Of a DNA stretch of 62,526 nt, positions 1 through 9,679 are shown piece by piece. The first letter of the stretch is position 1. Each line of letters opens with the position of its first letter. A model generated the notes under the pieces. It made no database searches, had not been told where the DNA came from, and saw nothing but the letters and a program-made list of their open reading frames with translations. Origin of the DNA: an uncultured archaeon (GTDB lineage Archaea > Thermoplasmatota > E2 > DHVEG-1); assembly GCA_902384685.1 (NCBI GenBank), contig CABMCU010000058.1:1-62526 (forward strand), given 5' to 3'. The position numbers and the translations under genes were made by a program.

Positions 1-246
1 AAAGTGGTCTCCAATCTTACAAAAAAATACGATATTAAAACCCTGGTGAGTTTGAACCCCATTATGGTGGATGGGACTGGGATGTGTGGGGGATGTCGGG
101 TCTTAATTGATGGGAAGACAAAGTTCGCTTGTGTCGATGGTCCGGAGTTCGATGGGCATAAAGTTGATTATGATAATTTAATGCTTCGTAACCGCCGTTT
201 TATTCATGCGGAAGGAGAGGCATGCAGGCTGGCGGATGTCCAATGA
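1..246 (+). CDS. NfnA/SudB-type electron-transfer subunit (FAD/[2Fe-2S]), C-terminal fragment; 5' end lies outside the window
   Basis: Frame 1 is open from the window edge. NPIMVDGTGMCGGCRV..KFACVDGPEFDGH is the C-terminal 2Fe-2S Cys cluster of the PyrK/NfnA/SudB family. The TGA stop overlaps the next gene's ATG (ATGA). Confidence 0.7.
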   Translation, partial: KVVSNLTKKYDIKTLVSLNPIMVDGTGMCGGCRVLIDGKTKFACVDGPEFDGHKVDYDNLMLRNRRFIHAEGEACRLADVQ

Positions 247-1628
247 GCATTCGAAGGACAAAACCCGAGATGCCAGAGCAATCGCCACGGGAGCGAATAA
301 AAAATTTCAAAGAAGTTTCTTTCGGGTATAGTAAAGAGATAGCTATTGAAGAAGCAAATCGTTGTTTACAATGTAAAAATAAACCATGCATGAAAGGATG
401 CCCTGTGGAGATTGATATCCCTGGATTTGTCGCATGCATAGCAAAAGGTGATTTTGATAAAGCAGCGGAGGTCATCAAATCAAAAAATAATCTCCCTGCG
501 ATTTCTGGCCGTGTCTGCCCATATGAGAATCAATGTGAAGGAGAATGTACATTAAAGAAGCTCGGAGAATCACTTGGTATTGGACGCTTAGAACGATTCA
601 TTGCTGATTATGAACAGGAGAAGGGAAAAAAACCTCCAAAAAACCCAGAATCGACAGGGAAGAAAGTCGCAGTGGTAGGTTCAGGCCCTGCAGGATTGAC
701 TTGTGCTGGTGATCTGGCGCGAATGGGACATGCTGTGACGGTGTTTGAAGCGCTACATGACCCTGGTGGAGTGTTGATGTACGGGATCCCCGAGTTCCGT
801 CTTCCGAAAGCTATTGTGAAATCTGAAGTAGAATATGTGAAAAGTCTTGGAGTTGACGTAATCTATGATGTAGTGGTGGGAAAAACAATAACTATTCAAG
901 AATTGATGAATGATTATGATGCTGTGTTCATTGGGACGGGTGCTGGTCTTCCGAATTGGTTGAATATTCCCGGCGAGAATCTTGATGGTGTGTATTCAGC
1001 TAATGAGTTTCTTACTCGTGTGAATATGATGAAGGCGTACCGGTTCCCTGAGTATGATACGCCTGTAAAAATCGGTAAGATTGTTGTGACGTTTGGTGCA
1101 GGGAATGTTGCGATGGATTGCGCGCGAACCTCATTACGACTTGGTGCAAAAAAATCATATATTATGTATCGAAGAACAGAAGCGGAGATGCCTGCGAGAG
1201 TTGAAGAAATTGAACATGCAAAACAAGAAGGAGTTATTTTTAAGTTGTTGACTGCACCGATTCGGTTCATTGGGGATGAGAAAGGGATCTTAAAAGAAGT
1301 TGAATCTCTGAAAATGCAACTAGGGGAGCCCGACGAGTCCGGTCGGAGACGTCCGATTCCGATTCCTGGTTCTGAGGAGATACTATTGATTGATACCGCG
1401 TTGATCGCAATTGGTCAAAGTCCAAATCCACTAATTCCACAAACCATGAAAGACCTGAAAATAGGAAAACATGGGAATATCATCACCGATGATGATGGTC
1501 GAACATCTATACCAGGTATTTTTGCAGGTGGAGATATTGCTACAGGTGCTGCAACGGTGATTCAGGCAATGGGTGCAGGAAAACGAGCAGCATGCGCAAT
1601 TGACGCGTATCTGAAAAACTCTCAGTAA
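243..1628 (+). CDS. NfnB/SudA/GltD-like NAD(P)H-dependent oxidoreductase, large subunit
   Basis: N-terminal Cys clusters (CLQCKNKPCMKGCP, CPYENQCEGEC), two dinucleotide-binding motifs (VVGSGPAGL, FGAGNVAMD) and C-terminal GGDIATG. Start set at ATG 243 (ATGA overlap); the track ORF starts at 222. Confidence 0.85.
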   Translation: MSIRRTKPEMPEQSPRERIKNFKEVSFGYSKEIAIEEANRCLQCKNKPCMKGCPVEIDIPGFVACIAKGDFDKAAEVIKSKNNLPAISGRVCPYENQCEGECTLKKLGESLGIGRLERFIADYEQEKGKKPPKNPESTGKKVAVVGSGPAGLTCAGDLARMGHAVTVFEALHDPGGVLMYGIPEFRLPKAIVKSEVEYVKSLGVDVIYDVVVGKTITIQELMNDYDAVFIGTGAGLPNWLNIPGENLDGVYSANEFLTRVNMMKAYRFPEYDTPVKIGKIVVTFGAGNVAMDCARTSLRLGAKKSYIMYRRTEAEMPARVEEIEHAKQEGVIFKLLTAPIRFIGDEKGILKEVESLKMQLGEPDESGRRRPIPIPGSEEILLIDTALIAIGQSPNPLIPQTMKDLKIGKHGNIITDDDGRTSIPGIFAGGDIATGAATVIQAMGAGKRAACAIDAYLKNSQ

Positions 1629-1682
1629 GAATCCCTTTTTTTGGCTGAGAGTATGTTTTAACCCAAAAACAATGGAACCGAT

Positions 1683-3308
1683 TTATTCCTTTTTTTTCTT
1701 TGCAGCTTTAAGGAGTCCATCGAAAAGGGGAGCCGGTTTCATCGGCCGTGATTTAAACTCGGGATGCGCTTGTGTAGCGGTAAAATACGGATGATCAGGG
1801 AGTTCCATGAATTCCATGAGGATACCATCTGGTGATCGTCCTGAGAATACAAGGCCGTTCTTTTCCAGTGTTTCAATGTATTGTGGGTTGACCTCGTAAC
1901 GATGTCGATGACGTTCATAGATTTTATTTTGATCATCATAAAGTTTCCTGATTAACGATCCTTTAGTAAGAATCGCTGGATACGCTCCCAATCGCATGGT
2001 CGCCCCATAGTGTGATTCTGTGACGATTTTTACCTGATCAGGGATGAAATCAATCACAGGGTACGGAGAGTTTTTTTCAACCTCAGTGGTGTTTGCACCT
2101 TTCATTCCACAGACGTTTCGTGCATATTCGACAACAGCAAGCTGCATCCCTAGACACAATCCAAGGTAAGGGATCTTATTTTCACGTGCATATTTTATCG
2201 TTGAAATTTTCCCTTCGACACCAGATAACCCAAATCCACCAGGGACGATAATACCATCGACTTTCTTAAGGTTTACAATCTTCCGGGGTTGTTTCTCAAA
2301 AATTTTTGAGTCAATCCATTCGATTTCAGGACGTACGTTGTTGTTCCATGCGGCATGTTTCACAGCTTCAATGACAGAAATATAGGAGTCAGAAAGCTTA
2401 AACGCGCCAATATCAAAGTATTTCCCAATAATACCAATTTTTACTTTATTGTCTAACTTACGGATTTTCGCTATATAATTCTTCCAAACATTAAGATCTA
2501 ATTCTTCTTTGCGTAAACCAAGTTTCTTTAAGATTTTTTTGCAGAGTTCCTGTTCCTCGAACAACAAGGGGACCCCATACACGTTATCGATATTGGAATC
2601 AGAAATAACATCATCACCCGAAACGTTACAAAACAATGCTATTTTTTCCTTTCGTACATCATCGAGCGGTTTTTCTGAACGAGTGATAATAAAATCAGGT
2701 TGAATACCAATTTCACGGAGCAGTTTAACGGAGTGTTGTGTTGGCTTAGTTTTTGCTTCACCGAGTGATTTTATTACTGGAACATAGGTGACATGGACGT
2801 AGATAACTTTTTCACCCTCAAGTTTCATCTGACGAACCGCTTCGAGAAACAAAACGTTCTCATAGTCACCGACGGTTCCGCCAATCTCAACAAGAACAAA
2901 ATCAAATTTAGTTTCTTCCGTTGGTGCTCGAATTCGTCGTTTAATTTCATCAGTGACATGCGGGATTGGTTGTACGGTTTTACCAAGGTATTTACCGTTT
3001 CGTTCCTTTTCTATGACCGCGCTATAGACTTGGCCAGTGGTGATATTATTACACTTTGGGATATTAATGTCTAAAAAGCGTTCGTAATGACCTAGGTCCT
3101 GATCGATTTCCCCGCCATCCTCAGTTACCCAAACCTCTCCGTGTTCTGTTGGTCGTAGAGTCCCTGCATCAAAGTTGATGTACGGATCAATTTTCATTGC
3201 AGTTACTTTGTATCCGTGGTTTTCAAGAATTTTACCTATGGATGCGGTAGTGATTCCTTTCCCTAACCCAGAAACGACTCCACCTGTGACAATAATATAA
3301 TTAACCAT
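1683..3308 (-). CDS. pyrG: CTP synthase
   Basis: N-terminus MVNYIIVTGGVVSGLGKG, C-terminal glutamine amidotransferase domain (GLCLGMQ, HRHRYEVN). ATG at 3308 preferred over the upstream TTG at 3317. Confidence 0.95.
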   Translation of the reverse strand: MVNYIIVTGGVVSGLGKGITTASIGKILENHGYKVTAMKIDPYINFDAGTLRPTEHGEVWVTEDGGEIDQDLGHYERFLDINIPKCNNITTGQVYSAVIEKERNGKYLGKTVQPIPHVTDEIKRRIRAPTEETKFDFVLVEIGGTVGDYENVLFLEAVRQMKLEGEKVIYVHVTYVPVIKSLGEAKTKPTQHSVKLLREIGIQPDFIITRSEKPLDDVRKEKIALFCNVSGDDVISDSNIDNVYGVPLLFEEQELCKKILKKLGLRKEELDLNVWKNYIAKIRKLDNKVKIGIIGKYFDIGAFKLSDSYISVIEAVKHAAWNNNVRPEIEWIDSKIFEKQPRKIVNLKKVDGIIVPGGFGLSGVEGKISTIKYARENKIPYLGLCLGMQLAVVEYARNVCGMKGANTTEVEKNSPYPVIDFIPDQVKIVTESHYGATMRLGAYPAILTKGSLIRKLYDDQNKIYERHRHRYEVNPQYIETLEKNGLVFSGRSPDGILMEFMELPDHPYFTATQAHPEFKSRPMKPAPLFDGLLKAAKKKKE

Positions 3309-3614
3309 CCGAATCAACAGGAAAACAGTGTAAGGTAAGTGATTTAAATGATTTTAGTGTGTTCACGCACTAAATTTAAATTACTCTTTTCCCTTTGTTT
3401 TCCCCCTCCAAAATCATAGTGTATAAATTTAGTTCATTAAATGTGTTAATCGTTGTCATAAACGCACCAGCCTCCAAAGTTTAAACAAGAATATCATGTT
3501 CGCTATATAATCATTCCTTTTTATCGAAAAAAAGCATTAGCACGAGTTTTATTCGTGTTTTTGTGCTAATCGTCGCAGTACCTAGCAGAACCTGTCAAAA
3601 GGAAATCGCTGATC

Positions 3615-3724
3615 AACTAGAATTAATAACCTGATGCACTTGTTCCATTTTTGTGTTCCAATTCTTGTTCCACTTTTTAGGAGAAAAATGGAACAAAAAT
3701 GGAACACCATTCAATAGTTCTAGT
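3615..3724. repeat. Symmetric element with five copies of TGTTCCA (three forward, two inverted), bracketed by ACTAGAA/TTCTAGT
   Basis: TGTTCCA at 3641, 3654 and 3666; TGGAACA at 3689 and 3700. Spacing is 11-13 bp. Outer inverted repeat at 3615-3622 / 3718-3724. Lies in a ~900-bp stretch without credible ORFs. Confidence 0.8.
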
Positions 3725-4215
3725 CCTATAGATAGTAATACAATTAGCAACGGATTCAATCCCAGAAAAATCAAGTAAAGCGCCTGTTGAAACTATGATG
3801 GAAAAGAGCTGTACAAATCAAATAATAGTAGATCATAGACCAGATTCATCACCAGATCTTGTAGAAATTGCCATATTTTGTGGAAGAATTAAGTGGTTAA
3901 CCAAATTAATGTTTTGAATAAAGTAAAATTTATGAATTCATATCAGATCGGTATTATTCCTGCATTAAGCGAGAAGTTACTTTCTCTTTTATTTTCCTTT
4001 CTCCCCGAATTCCCCATTTCCTTATTAATTAAAAGAAAATGGCTTTTTTACTTTTATCGGAGAAGTATTAACACGTTTTATAAAAAATCTTTCAACTTCA
4101 TTTTTTCTGGATTCAGGATATATTGTTTTCTAATAAACATTAACGTTTGCATAATGGTTATCTTCTCGATAAAATTAGGGTACAGATTAATTATTGAATC
4201 ACAGAACTTTTTCGC

Positions 4216-4603
4216 TTATAAAATGTTCTCAGCGGTAAATGTCATAATCCAGTCGTCCTCCCTATGAACATAAGCACTGCTTTTAATAGTAATCCCAAAC
4301 TCTGCAGCAAGATCTTCCGTTTTCTTGAAATGATTGTGTCGACGTGTTTTTTTTCTGCTTATATCGTGGTTCTTTTCAACATCGATACAAAATGCGTGAG
4401 TCCTATTTTCTCTTCATCGAAAATCGCGGTGTACCCCCAAATCAGACCTTTTGCTTCTAATTGTTTGATGAATTTCCATGCTTTTTATTTTGAGAAACCA
4501 CAATGCTTCGCAATCGCATCTATATTTTCATTTGAATTTTTCACGAGTTCAGAAAGCAATTTTTTTGATTCCTTATCTATCTGATCTCTACTACTTTTTG
4601 ACA
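4216..4603 (-). pseudogene. Lrp/AsnC-family transcription regulator, disrupted by an in-frame TAA plus one frameshift
   Basis: Minus-strand translation: MSKSSRDQIDKESKKLLSELVKNSNENIDAIAKHCGFSK*KAWKFIKQLEAKGLIWGYTAIFDEEKIGLTHFVSMLK.. It then continues in another frame: ..TEDLAAEFGITIKSSAYVHREDDWIMTFTAENIL*. The HTH and RAM-domain order matches Lrp. The frameshift lies near an A-run. Confidence 0.7.
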
Positions 4604-4683
4604 TAGTTCACATCCAATACAACAGGTTTAAACCATTTATTCTTTAAATACATATTCTTAGAAACAGGAGCATTAACACGGTT

Positions 4684-4917
4684 CTATTTTCCCTTTTTCT
4701 TTTTGGTGGAATCGTGAAGCTCATGCGATAGCTCAGTCAAATCATCAAGATCGCGAGTATCTTCGTGTTTCTGCCATAGGTATTCCTGGATAAGCTTTGC
4801 AATCATCGTAGATCGTTTGTATCCCCTGGCTTTCGCTATCTTATCAAGCTTTTTGATATCTTCTGGGTGTAATGTGATATCTAATCGTTTGAATCCCATA
4901 TTCTCATCAATGTGCAT
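4684..4917 (-). CDS. Ribbon-helix-helix (CopG/Arc-like) DNA-binding protein
   Basis: 77 aa. KRLDITLHPEDIKKLDKIAKARGYKRSTMIAKLIQEYL fits the beta-strand/helix/helix RHH pattern. Acidic then basic tail. Confidence 0.65.
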   Translation of the reverse strand: MHIDENMGFKRLDITLHPEDIKKLDKIAKARGYKRSTMIAKLIQEYLWQKHEDTRDLDDLTELSHELHDSTKKKKGK

Positions 4918-5019
4918 AGTAATATGTATTCATGCACTAGTAATTGATGTGCATCATACTACACGTTTAATATACAAATGATTTTGATTTTAAAGAAAAA
5001 CGAGTAGCGCGCTGCTATA

Positions 5020-5196
5020 TTAATTGAGGGTCTCGAAAAAGACAAGGCCACATCCAAACCAAGTAATGCACAGCAGGTAAAACCAGACATTGTTAAGCGA
5101 TATTGCAAGTCCGATAAGTAGAACAACCCATGGGAGAATAAGGAGAAATAATGCCTGCAATAGGCTTCCGATTCTTTCAGAGAGATTTAACTCCAT
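5020..5196 (-). CDS. Small (58 aa) two-TM membrane protein, hypothetical
   Basis: ORF below the track threshold: MELNLSERIGSLLQALFLLILPWVVLLIGLAISLNNVWFYLLCITWFGCGLVFFETLN*. Same strand as, and immediately upstream of, the RHH gene. Confidence 0.4.
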   Translation of the reverse strand: MELNLSERIGSLLQALFLLILPWVVLLIGLAISLNNVWFYLLCITWFGCGLVFFETLN

Positions 5197-5225
5197 AAGC
5201 CATCAAGATGTAGTTGTAAGTCGGT

Positions 5226-5251
5226 TTCGTATATTACATAATATATACGAA
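5226..5251. promoter_or_regulatory. 9-bp inverted repeat TTCGTATAT-N8-ATATACGAA overlapping an A/T-rich TATA-like tract
   Basis: Read directly from the sequence. Lies ~30-55 nt upstream of the small membrane ORF / RHH unit on the minus strand. Candidate RHH operator. Confidence 0.45.
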
Positions 5252-5349
5252 CTGATTTTGATACTTAAATTCTAGAGGGGATTCAAACACGAAATTAACT
5301 TCTTCTATATAAATTTATCATCATTTTTGTGTCAAATATTAACATGATT

Positions 5350-6681
5350 TTAACTCATGCCAGGGATATCATAGGGTTCTTGTGCAGGATGCTGATCATA
5401 TTCAAAATACGGATGAACTACTATTGGTAAGAGAAAACCATTAAAAATACCAAACCAAACATAGATAGCCAATACCATAAGTCCTGGAATGGGCCTCGGT
5501 GTTAAAGGAATTAAATCATCCCAGTAGTTCATACTCCAATTCTGTTTTAATGCTATGACGGATTTTCTATCTGAAAGTAAACCATTTCTAAACAAAGAGA
5601 TATGAGCATTATTATTTATGAAATTATTTTGATAGATTTGTGCATCAATAAAACTTTTAATTTGTAATCCTACTTTGTTGTCTCGTATATTATTTTTATA
5701 TATAAAATTCAAATATCCTGCTGAATCCAATATCCCAATTGAGTTATTTGAGATAAGGTTTTCATATATGGAAAAATTATGCTCAGCATCAATACCTACG
5801 TCATTATTAGAAAAAATGTTGTGATATATTTCAATAAAAGTGTTTTCCCCGCTACCATATATTCCATTAGTATTTTTCATTATAACATTATCATAAATAA
5901 GAATGTCTGTTGCCTTATCATAGATATCGATACCTATATAATTTTTCGTTATGATATTATCATGGATATGGATTCTATTCGATGAAGGGCTTATGAAAAC
6001 ACCCCGTCTCCAAATCCATGATTCCCCCTCGTTTTGTATGGTGAATCCGCATATATTTATTTTATTTCCATCAATATATACAGATTCGTCATATCCGCTC
6101 CCATTAATGATAGTCGTATTTCTATTTTCACCAATTAAAAATAAAGATTTGTTGACAAGGATTTCTTCGTTGTAGGTTCCATGAAAAACAAAAATCGTAC
6201 CCCCACTGGATGCATTATCAATCGCATTCTGAATCCTTGTATAATTCCCTGAACCTGAACCACCAACATACAACCAATCACCTTTCGATGTTAAAACAAA
6301 ATCGTGAGTTGTATTCTCCCAAATGCCGAGGTAGATCCATACTGGGTAATATCCCTCCTTTGAGCATGTGACATTTTTGGTACAATTACAAATGGAGATA
6401 TTGGTTACATGGAAATAACCTGTTGAATCACTGTAATTCTCGCTATAAGTATCATGGAAGTACACTCGTACCCTTGCTCCTTCGATGGAATTCTCCTCAG
6501 AATCAGTAACATGACCAGATAATGTACCATTATTTAATGTGATATTCGATTTATAAGCTGCACTTGTTATATGATCTGATATAGGATTATTTGCATTGAT
6601 GCTTGGAATTCCAGCAAGTCCAATAAACAAGAGAATGATTCCAATCGTCAAACATTTCCTTATCAAATGATATGAATCCAT
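5350..6681 (-). CDS. Secreted/anchored parallel beta-helix (NosD/PbH1-like) repeat protein with a CarboxypepD_reg-like domain
   Basis: N-terminal signal peptide. GHVTDSEENSIEGARVRVYF segment. Many consecutive ~22-aa I-x-x-N-x-I-x-x-N-x-x-GI repeats. C-terminal hydrophobic anchor. Many N-x-S/T sequons. Confidence 0.7.
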   Translation of the reverse strand: MDSYHLIRKCLTIGIILLFIGLAGIPSINANNPISDHITSAAYKSNITLNNGTLSGHVTDSEENSIEGARVRVYFHDTYSENYSDSTGYFHVTNISICNCTKNVTCSKEGYYPVWIYLGIWENTTHDFVLTSKGDWLYVGGSGSGNYTRIQNAIDNASSGGTIFVFHGTYNEEILVNKSLFLIGENRNTTIINGSGYDESVYIDGNKINICGFTIQNEGESWIWRRGVFISPSSNRIHIHDNIITKNYIGIDIYDKATDILIYDNVIMKNTNGIYGSGENTFIEIYHNIFSNNDVGIDAEHNFSIYENLISNNSIGILDSAGYLNFIYKNNIRDNKVGLQIKSFIDAQIYQNNFINNNAHISLFRNGLLSDRKSVIALKQNWSMNYWDDLIPLTPRPIPGLMVLAIYVWFGIFNGFLLPIVVHPYFEYDQHPAQEPYDIPGMS

Positions 6682-6862
6682 GCCTTTCCCCCTTTTTACT
6701 ATATTATATTAAGTATCCCTATTATTAATATTTTTTCACAAAGATTTGACATTATAACAAGTATTTCTCCAACCTAATTGCAAGAGACTTAGGATATTTA
6801 TCAATATTAGAAAAAATGAGATGATTTATAAGAGTGGTTTCTTTTTTGTGGGTCATCATATA

Positions 6863-7612
6863 TTAATTCGATTCTTTGAGGTCTTTTACTTTCCCAAGGG
6901 AGGATCCATCCAGAAGATATACCTCCGCGTTATCACTGTCCAATAGAGATCTAAACGGACCAAGTAAGGGGTCTCGGTTGACCGCTATACCACCGCATAA
7001 AGGATTAAACGCTGGCATGACGAGAATTTGTAAAGTTTGTGACGCCGGATATTTTTCAATAAGTTTATCAGAAAGTGGGGCGCTCCGCAGCCAACATTGT
7101 TCAAACATCCGGTAACCAAGACGATCAGTAAGCATCACCGTGGGGTGAGTATGACCGATAACGACCTGTTCGCATTGCATGACCTCCTTATTTGGCTTTC
7201 TGTGACCATGGGTAAACCCTATCCCTTCAAACACAAAACCATCAGAGGGGTGTAACTTAATTGTCGATGGAAGTAATCGATCGATGTTTCCATCATGGTT
7301 TCCAGGTGAGACATGAATGTTACCATATGTTTGAATGGTATCCAGGAACCGATTGACATCAGCACGTTCTTGGATGGTTGGTGAAGGGATATTGTGTTTA
7401 ATGTCTCCAAGCAGGATGATATCACGGATAATGTTTGTTGTAAGCATCGAGATCAATCGTTGTTCCATCACATTGGTTTGTGATGGCACTTGCAATCCTT
7501 TTTCCCGTAATTCACTCTCAATGCCAATGTGAAGATCTGCAATAACCAGAAGTTTTTTTTCTTTAAACAAGAGTGCTGGCTCATCGTTAATTGGTTGAAG
7601 CTTAGGCAACAT
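6863..7612 (-). CDS. Calcineurin-like metallophosphoesterase (archaeal SbcD/Mre11-related phosphoesterase family)
   Basis: Motifs DLHIG, GDIKHN, GNHD, GHTH in canonical order. Confidence 0.8.
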   Translation of the reverse strand: MLPKLQPINDEPALLFKEKKLLVIADLHIGIESELREKGLQVPSQTNVMEQRLISMLTTNIIRDIILLGDIKHNIPSPTIQERADVNRFLDTIQTYGNIHVSPGNHDGNIDRLLPSTIKLHPSDGFVFEGIGFTHGHRKPNKEVMQCEQVVIGHTHPTVMLTDRLGYRMFEQCWLRSAPLSDKLIEKYPASQTLQILVMPAFNPLCGGIAVNRDPLLGPFRSLLDSDNAEVYLLDGSSLGKVKDLKESN

Positions 7613-7812
7613 AGGTCATCCTATAAAAAAGAGGTTTTTGAGATCGTACGAGGATAAAAAAAGAGCGGTGGCTGAGGGAAAAATTATACAAAAATTGATA
7701 AGGATTTCGATTTGGAGATATGTTTTTTTCATTCGAATGGTTGATTATGAGGGGGTTCTTAAAAGTTTTTTTAATTTCGAAGTAAAGACTTTTATCACAG
7801 AGAAGGATATCG

Positions 7813-8121
7813 ATGATGAGGATGGAAATTATGTGGGAAAAGAAGTTATCTGGAGGATTTGTCAAAAAGACAGAGAAAGCCGTACGGAAGATTGGTGATA
7901 GGAAAACAGAGTCGATTGAACAGACCGCGGAATGGATGAAGAAATACCAGTACGCGGAATGGCCCGCTAAACCTGATCAACTTGAACAGGAAATGAAAAA
8001 TAAGATTACCTCAGCGCTTTCAAAGGAAATGCAACAAGAACCAGCTTTTATAGCATGGGTATTGTATCAAGTCGCAGAGGAGCTTGTGGCACATCTGGAA
8101 GTTAAAGCGATTTGGGAATAA
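7813..8121 (+). CDS. Hypothetical protein (start uncertain)
   Basis: 102-aa ORF with ordinary composition and no recognised motif. It overlaps another ORF (7638..7898) in a different frame. Confidence 0.3.
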   Translation: MMRMEIMWEKKLSGGFVKKTEKAVRKIGDRKTESIEQTAEWMKKYQYAEWPAKPDQLEQEMKNKITSALSKEMQQEPAFIAWVLYQVAEELVAHLEVKAIWE

Positions 8122-8163
8122 ATAAACAGTTTTTGCTTCGTGTTCAGGTTTTAAATAAAATCT

Positions 8164-9615
8164 TTATAAGTATTTTTTCAACACCGCAGGGATTTCATCA
8201 ACAATATCGGTCGCTATTAATCCGTAGGATTTTTTCTGAAATGCTTCGTTGCCTGCTTCACCATTGAGGAAGGCAGCAATTCGGACTGCGTTGAATGGCT
8301 TTACCCCCTTCGAGAGAAGTGCTCCGATGATACCTGCAAGGACATCTCCAGTCCCACCAACAGTCATTGCTTCATTATGAACTATGTTTTGTTTGATATT
8401 TGTTCCATCACTGAGTACATCGATATATCCTTTCAGAAAAATTGTGATCCCGATTTTTTCAGCCCAATCTTTCACTGCGTTGATTCTTTTGTCAATATCT
8501 TGGGAAAGGGTGATCCCCGTGAGTTTTTTGAATTCACCGACATGAGGAGTCACTACAGTTATTGAGTTCTTTATAAAGGAGAGGTTTTCTCCGACTGGTT
8601 TGATAGCATCAGCATCGAGTACCAATGGTTTCCTTTCTGCAATGATGCGTCTGACAAGGGGGATGATTGTTTCTTCGGTTTCTTTTGCAGTTCCGAGTCC
8701 CGGACCAAGAACGACAGCAGTGCATTTACTGAGAAGTTCTTTGATAAACGGGATATCGTTTTTTGTTAGCATATCATCATGGAGATCTTTTACGATGAAG
8801 TTCGGTGAAAATGCGGCAACGGATTCCCAGGAGCGTTTTGGTGTCGCTATGTAGACAAGATCAACACCGGTTCGGAGTGCAGCAAGACCGCAGAGAGCTG
8901 GCGCACCAATGTAGGGGCCGCCACCTATAATGAGTACGATGCCGTTGTCTCCTTTGTGTGATTTTTTTGTAGGGCGTGGATAGTACACAGAGAGTTCCCC
9001 TGGTCCGACGTAAGTTATTGCTTCTTTGGGAATGCCAATGTCGGCTACGTGGATGTTTCCGCTGTTTTTCTTACTCATTCCATCTTTGATGTCATGAAAG
9101 GTGATAGTATGCTCAGGATTGATTGATTGAGTTGTGCCAAATCCCGTGGGTACATCAATAGAAATAATTGTTTTCTTCTTTGTTGCGTTGATTTTTTTGA
9201 CGATGGTGAGGTATGGTTCCTTTAATTCACCAGATAGTCCGGTCCCAAGAAGTGCATCGATGAAAATATCGTTTTTTGCAAGGAGTGTATCGATGTCACT
9301 CGGTGAAGTGTAGATTTTGACTTTGTGAGTTTGGAGTTTCTGATAATTTTTCTTCGCAATCTCTGTTTTGATGATGGTTTCTACAAGAAAGATTGTGACC
9401 GTGTAATATTGGGTTAGGTACCGTGCTGTGACAAACCCGTCTCCACCGTTATTTCCTGCCCCGCACAGGATAAGGATGTTTTTCTTTGTGTTTTTTACTA
9501 TATTTCTGACGTGCTCAGCGACACTTTTTCCTGCATTTTCCATGAGTTGCAATGTTGGTACACCAAAATACTCAGAGTTTCTATCTAAAACCTTTATTTC
9601 TGCTTCTGAAATCAT
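8164..9615 (-). CDS. nnr: Bifunctional NAD(P)H-hydrate repair enzyme (epimerase + ADP-dependent dehydratase)
   Basis: YjeF_N motif GAGNNGGDG in the N-terminal half. Carbohydrate-kinase-type C-terminal half with GGTGDVLAG. Confidence 0.9.
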   Translation of the reverse strand: MISEAEIKVLDRNSEYFGVPTLQLMENAGKSVAEHVRNIVKNTKKNILILCGAGNNGGDGFVTARYLTQYYTVTIFLVETIIKTEIAKKNYQKLQTHKVKIYTSPSDIDTLLAKNDIFIDALLGTGLSGELKEPYLTIVKKINATKKKTIISIDVPTGFGTTQSINPEHTITFHDIKDGMSKKNSGNIHVADIGIPKEAITYVGPGELSVYYPRPTKKSHKGDNGIVLIIGGGPYIGAPALCGLAALRTGVDLVYIATPKRSWESVAAFSPNFIVKDLHDDMLTKNDIPFIKELLSKCTAVVLGPGLGTAKETEETIIPLVRRIIAERKPLVLDADAIKPVGENLSFIKNSITVVTPHVGEFKKLTGITLSQDIDKRINAVKDWAEKIGITIFLKGYIDVLSDGTNIKQNIVHNEAMTVGGTGDVLAGIIGALLSKGVKPFNAVRIAAFLNGEAGNEAFQKKSYGLIATDIVDEIPAVLKKYL

Positions 9616-9679
9616 ACCAAAAATGTTAAACGAATAGAACTCTATATATGCTTCGGAATCAAGCCAGGATTTGTTTCAT

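Noticed and set aside
3615-3724. Calling the TGTTCCA array a chromosomal replication origin (ORB boxes).
   Set aside because: Only the half-site resemblance (GTTCCA/TGGAAC) supports it. There is no adjacent orc1/cdc6, and no long ORB consensus or obvious unwinding-element arrangement that I can verify by eye. Kept as a finding with alternative explanations, not as an origin feature.
3750-3765. GGATTCAATCC as a tRNA T-arm fragment (an att remnant) near the repeat array.
   Set aside because: The stem would be only 3 bp with a 5-nt loop, and there is no matching tRNA in the window. Too weak.
3893-4584. Track ORFs 3893..4267 (+) and 4264..4584 (+) as genes.
   Set aside because: The sequences are F/I/L/S-rich and look like junk. 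4264..4584 is simply the antisense of the recognisable Lrp/AsnC pseudogene, and 3893..4267 has no RBS or motif.
7638-7898. 86-aa ORF overlapping 7813..8121, or a frameshifted fusion of the two.
   Set aside because: TTG start, no RBS and no motif. I cannot decide from the sequence which frame, if either, is real, so only the longer downstream ORF is listed, at low confidence.
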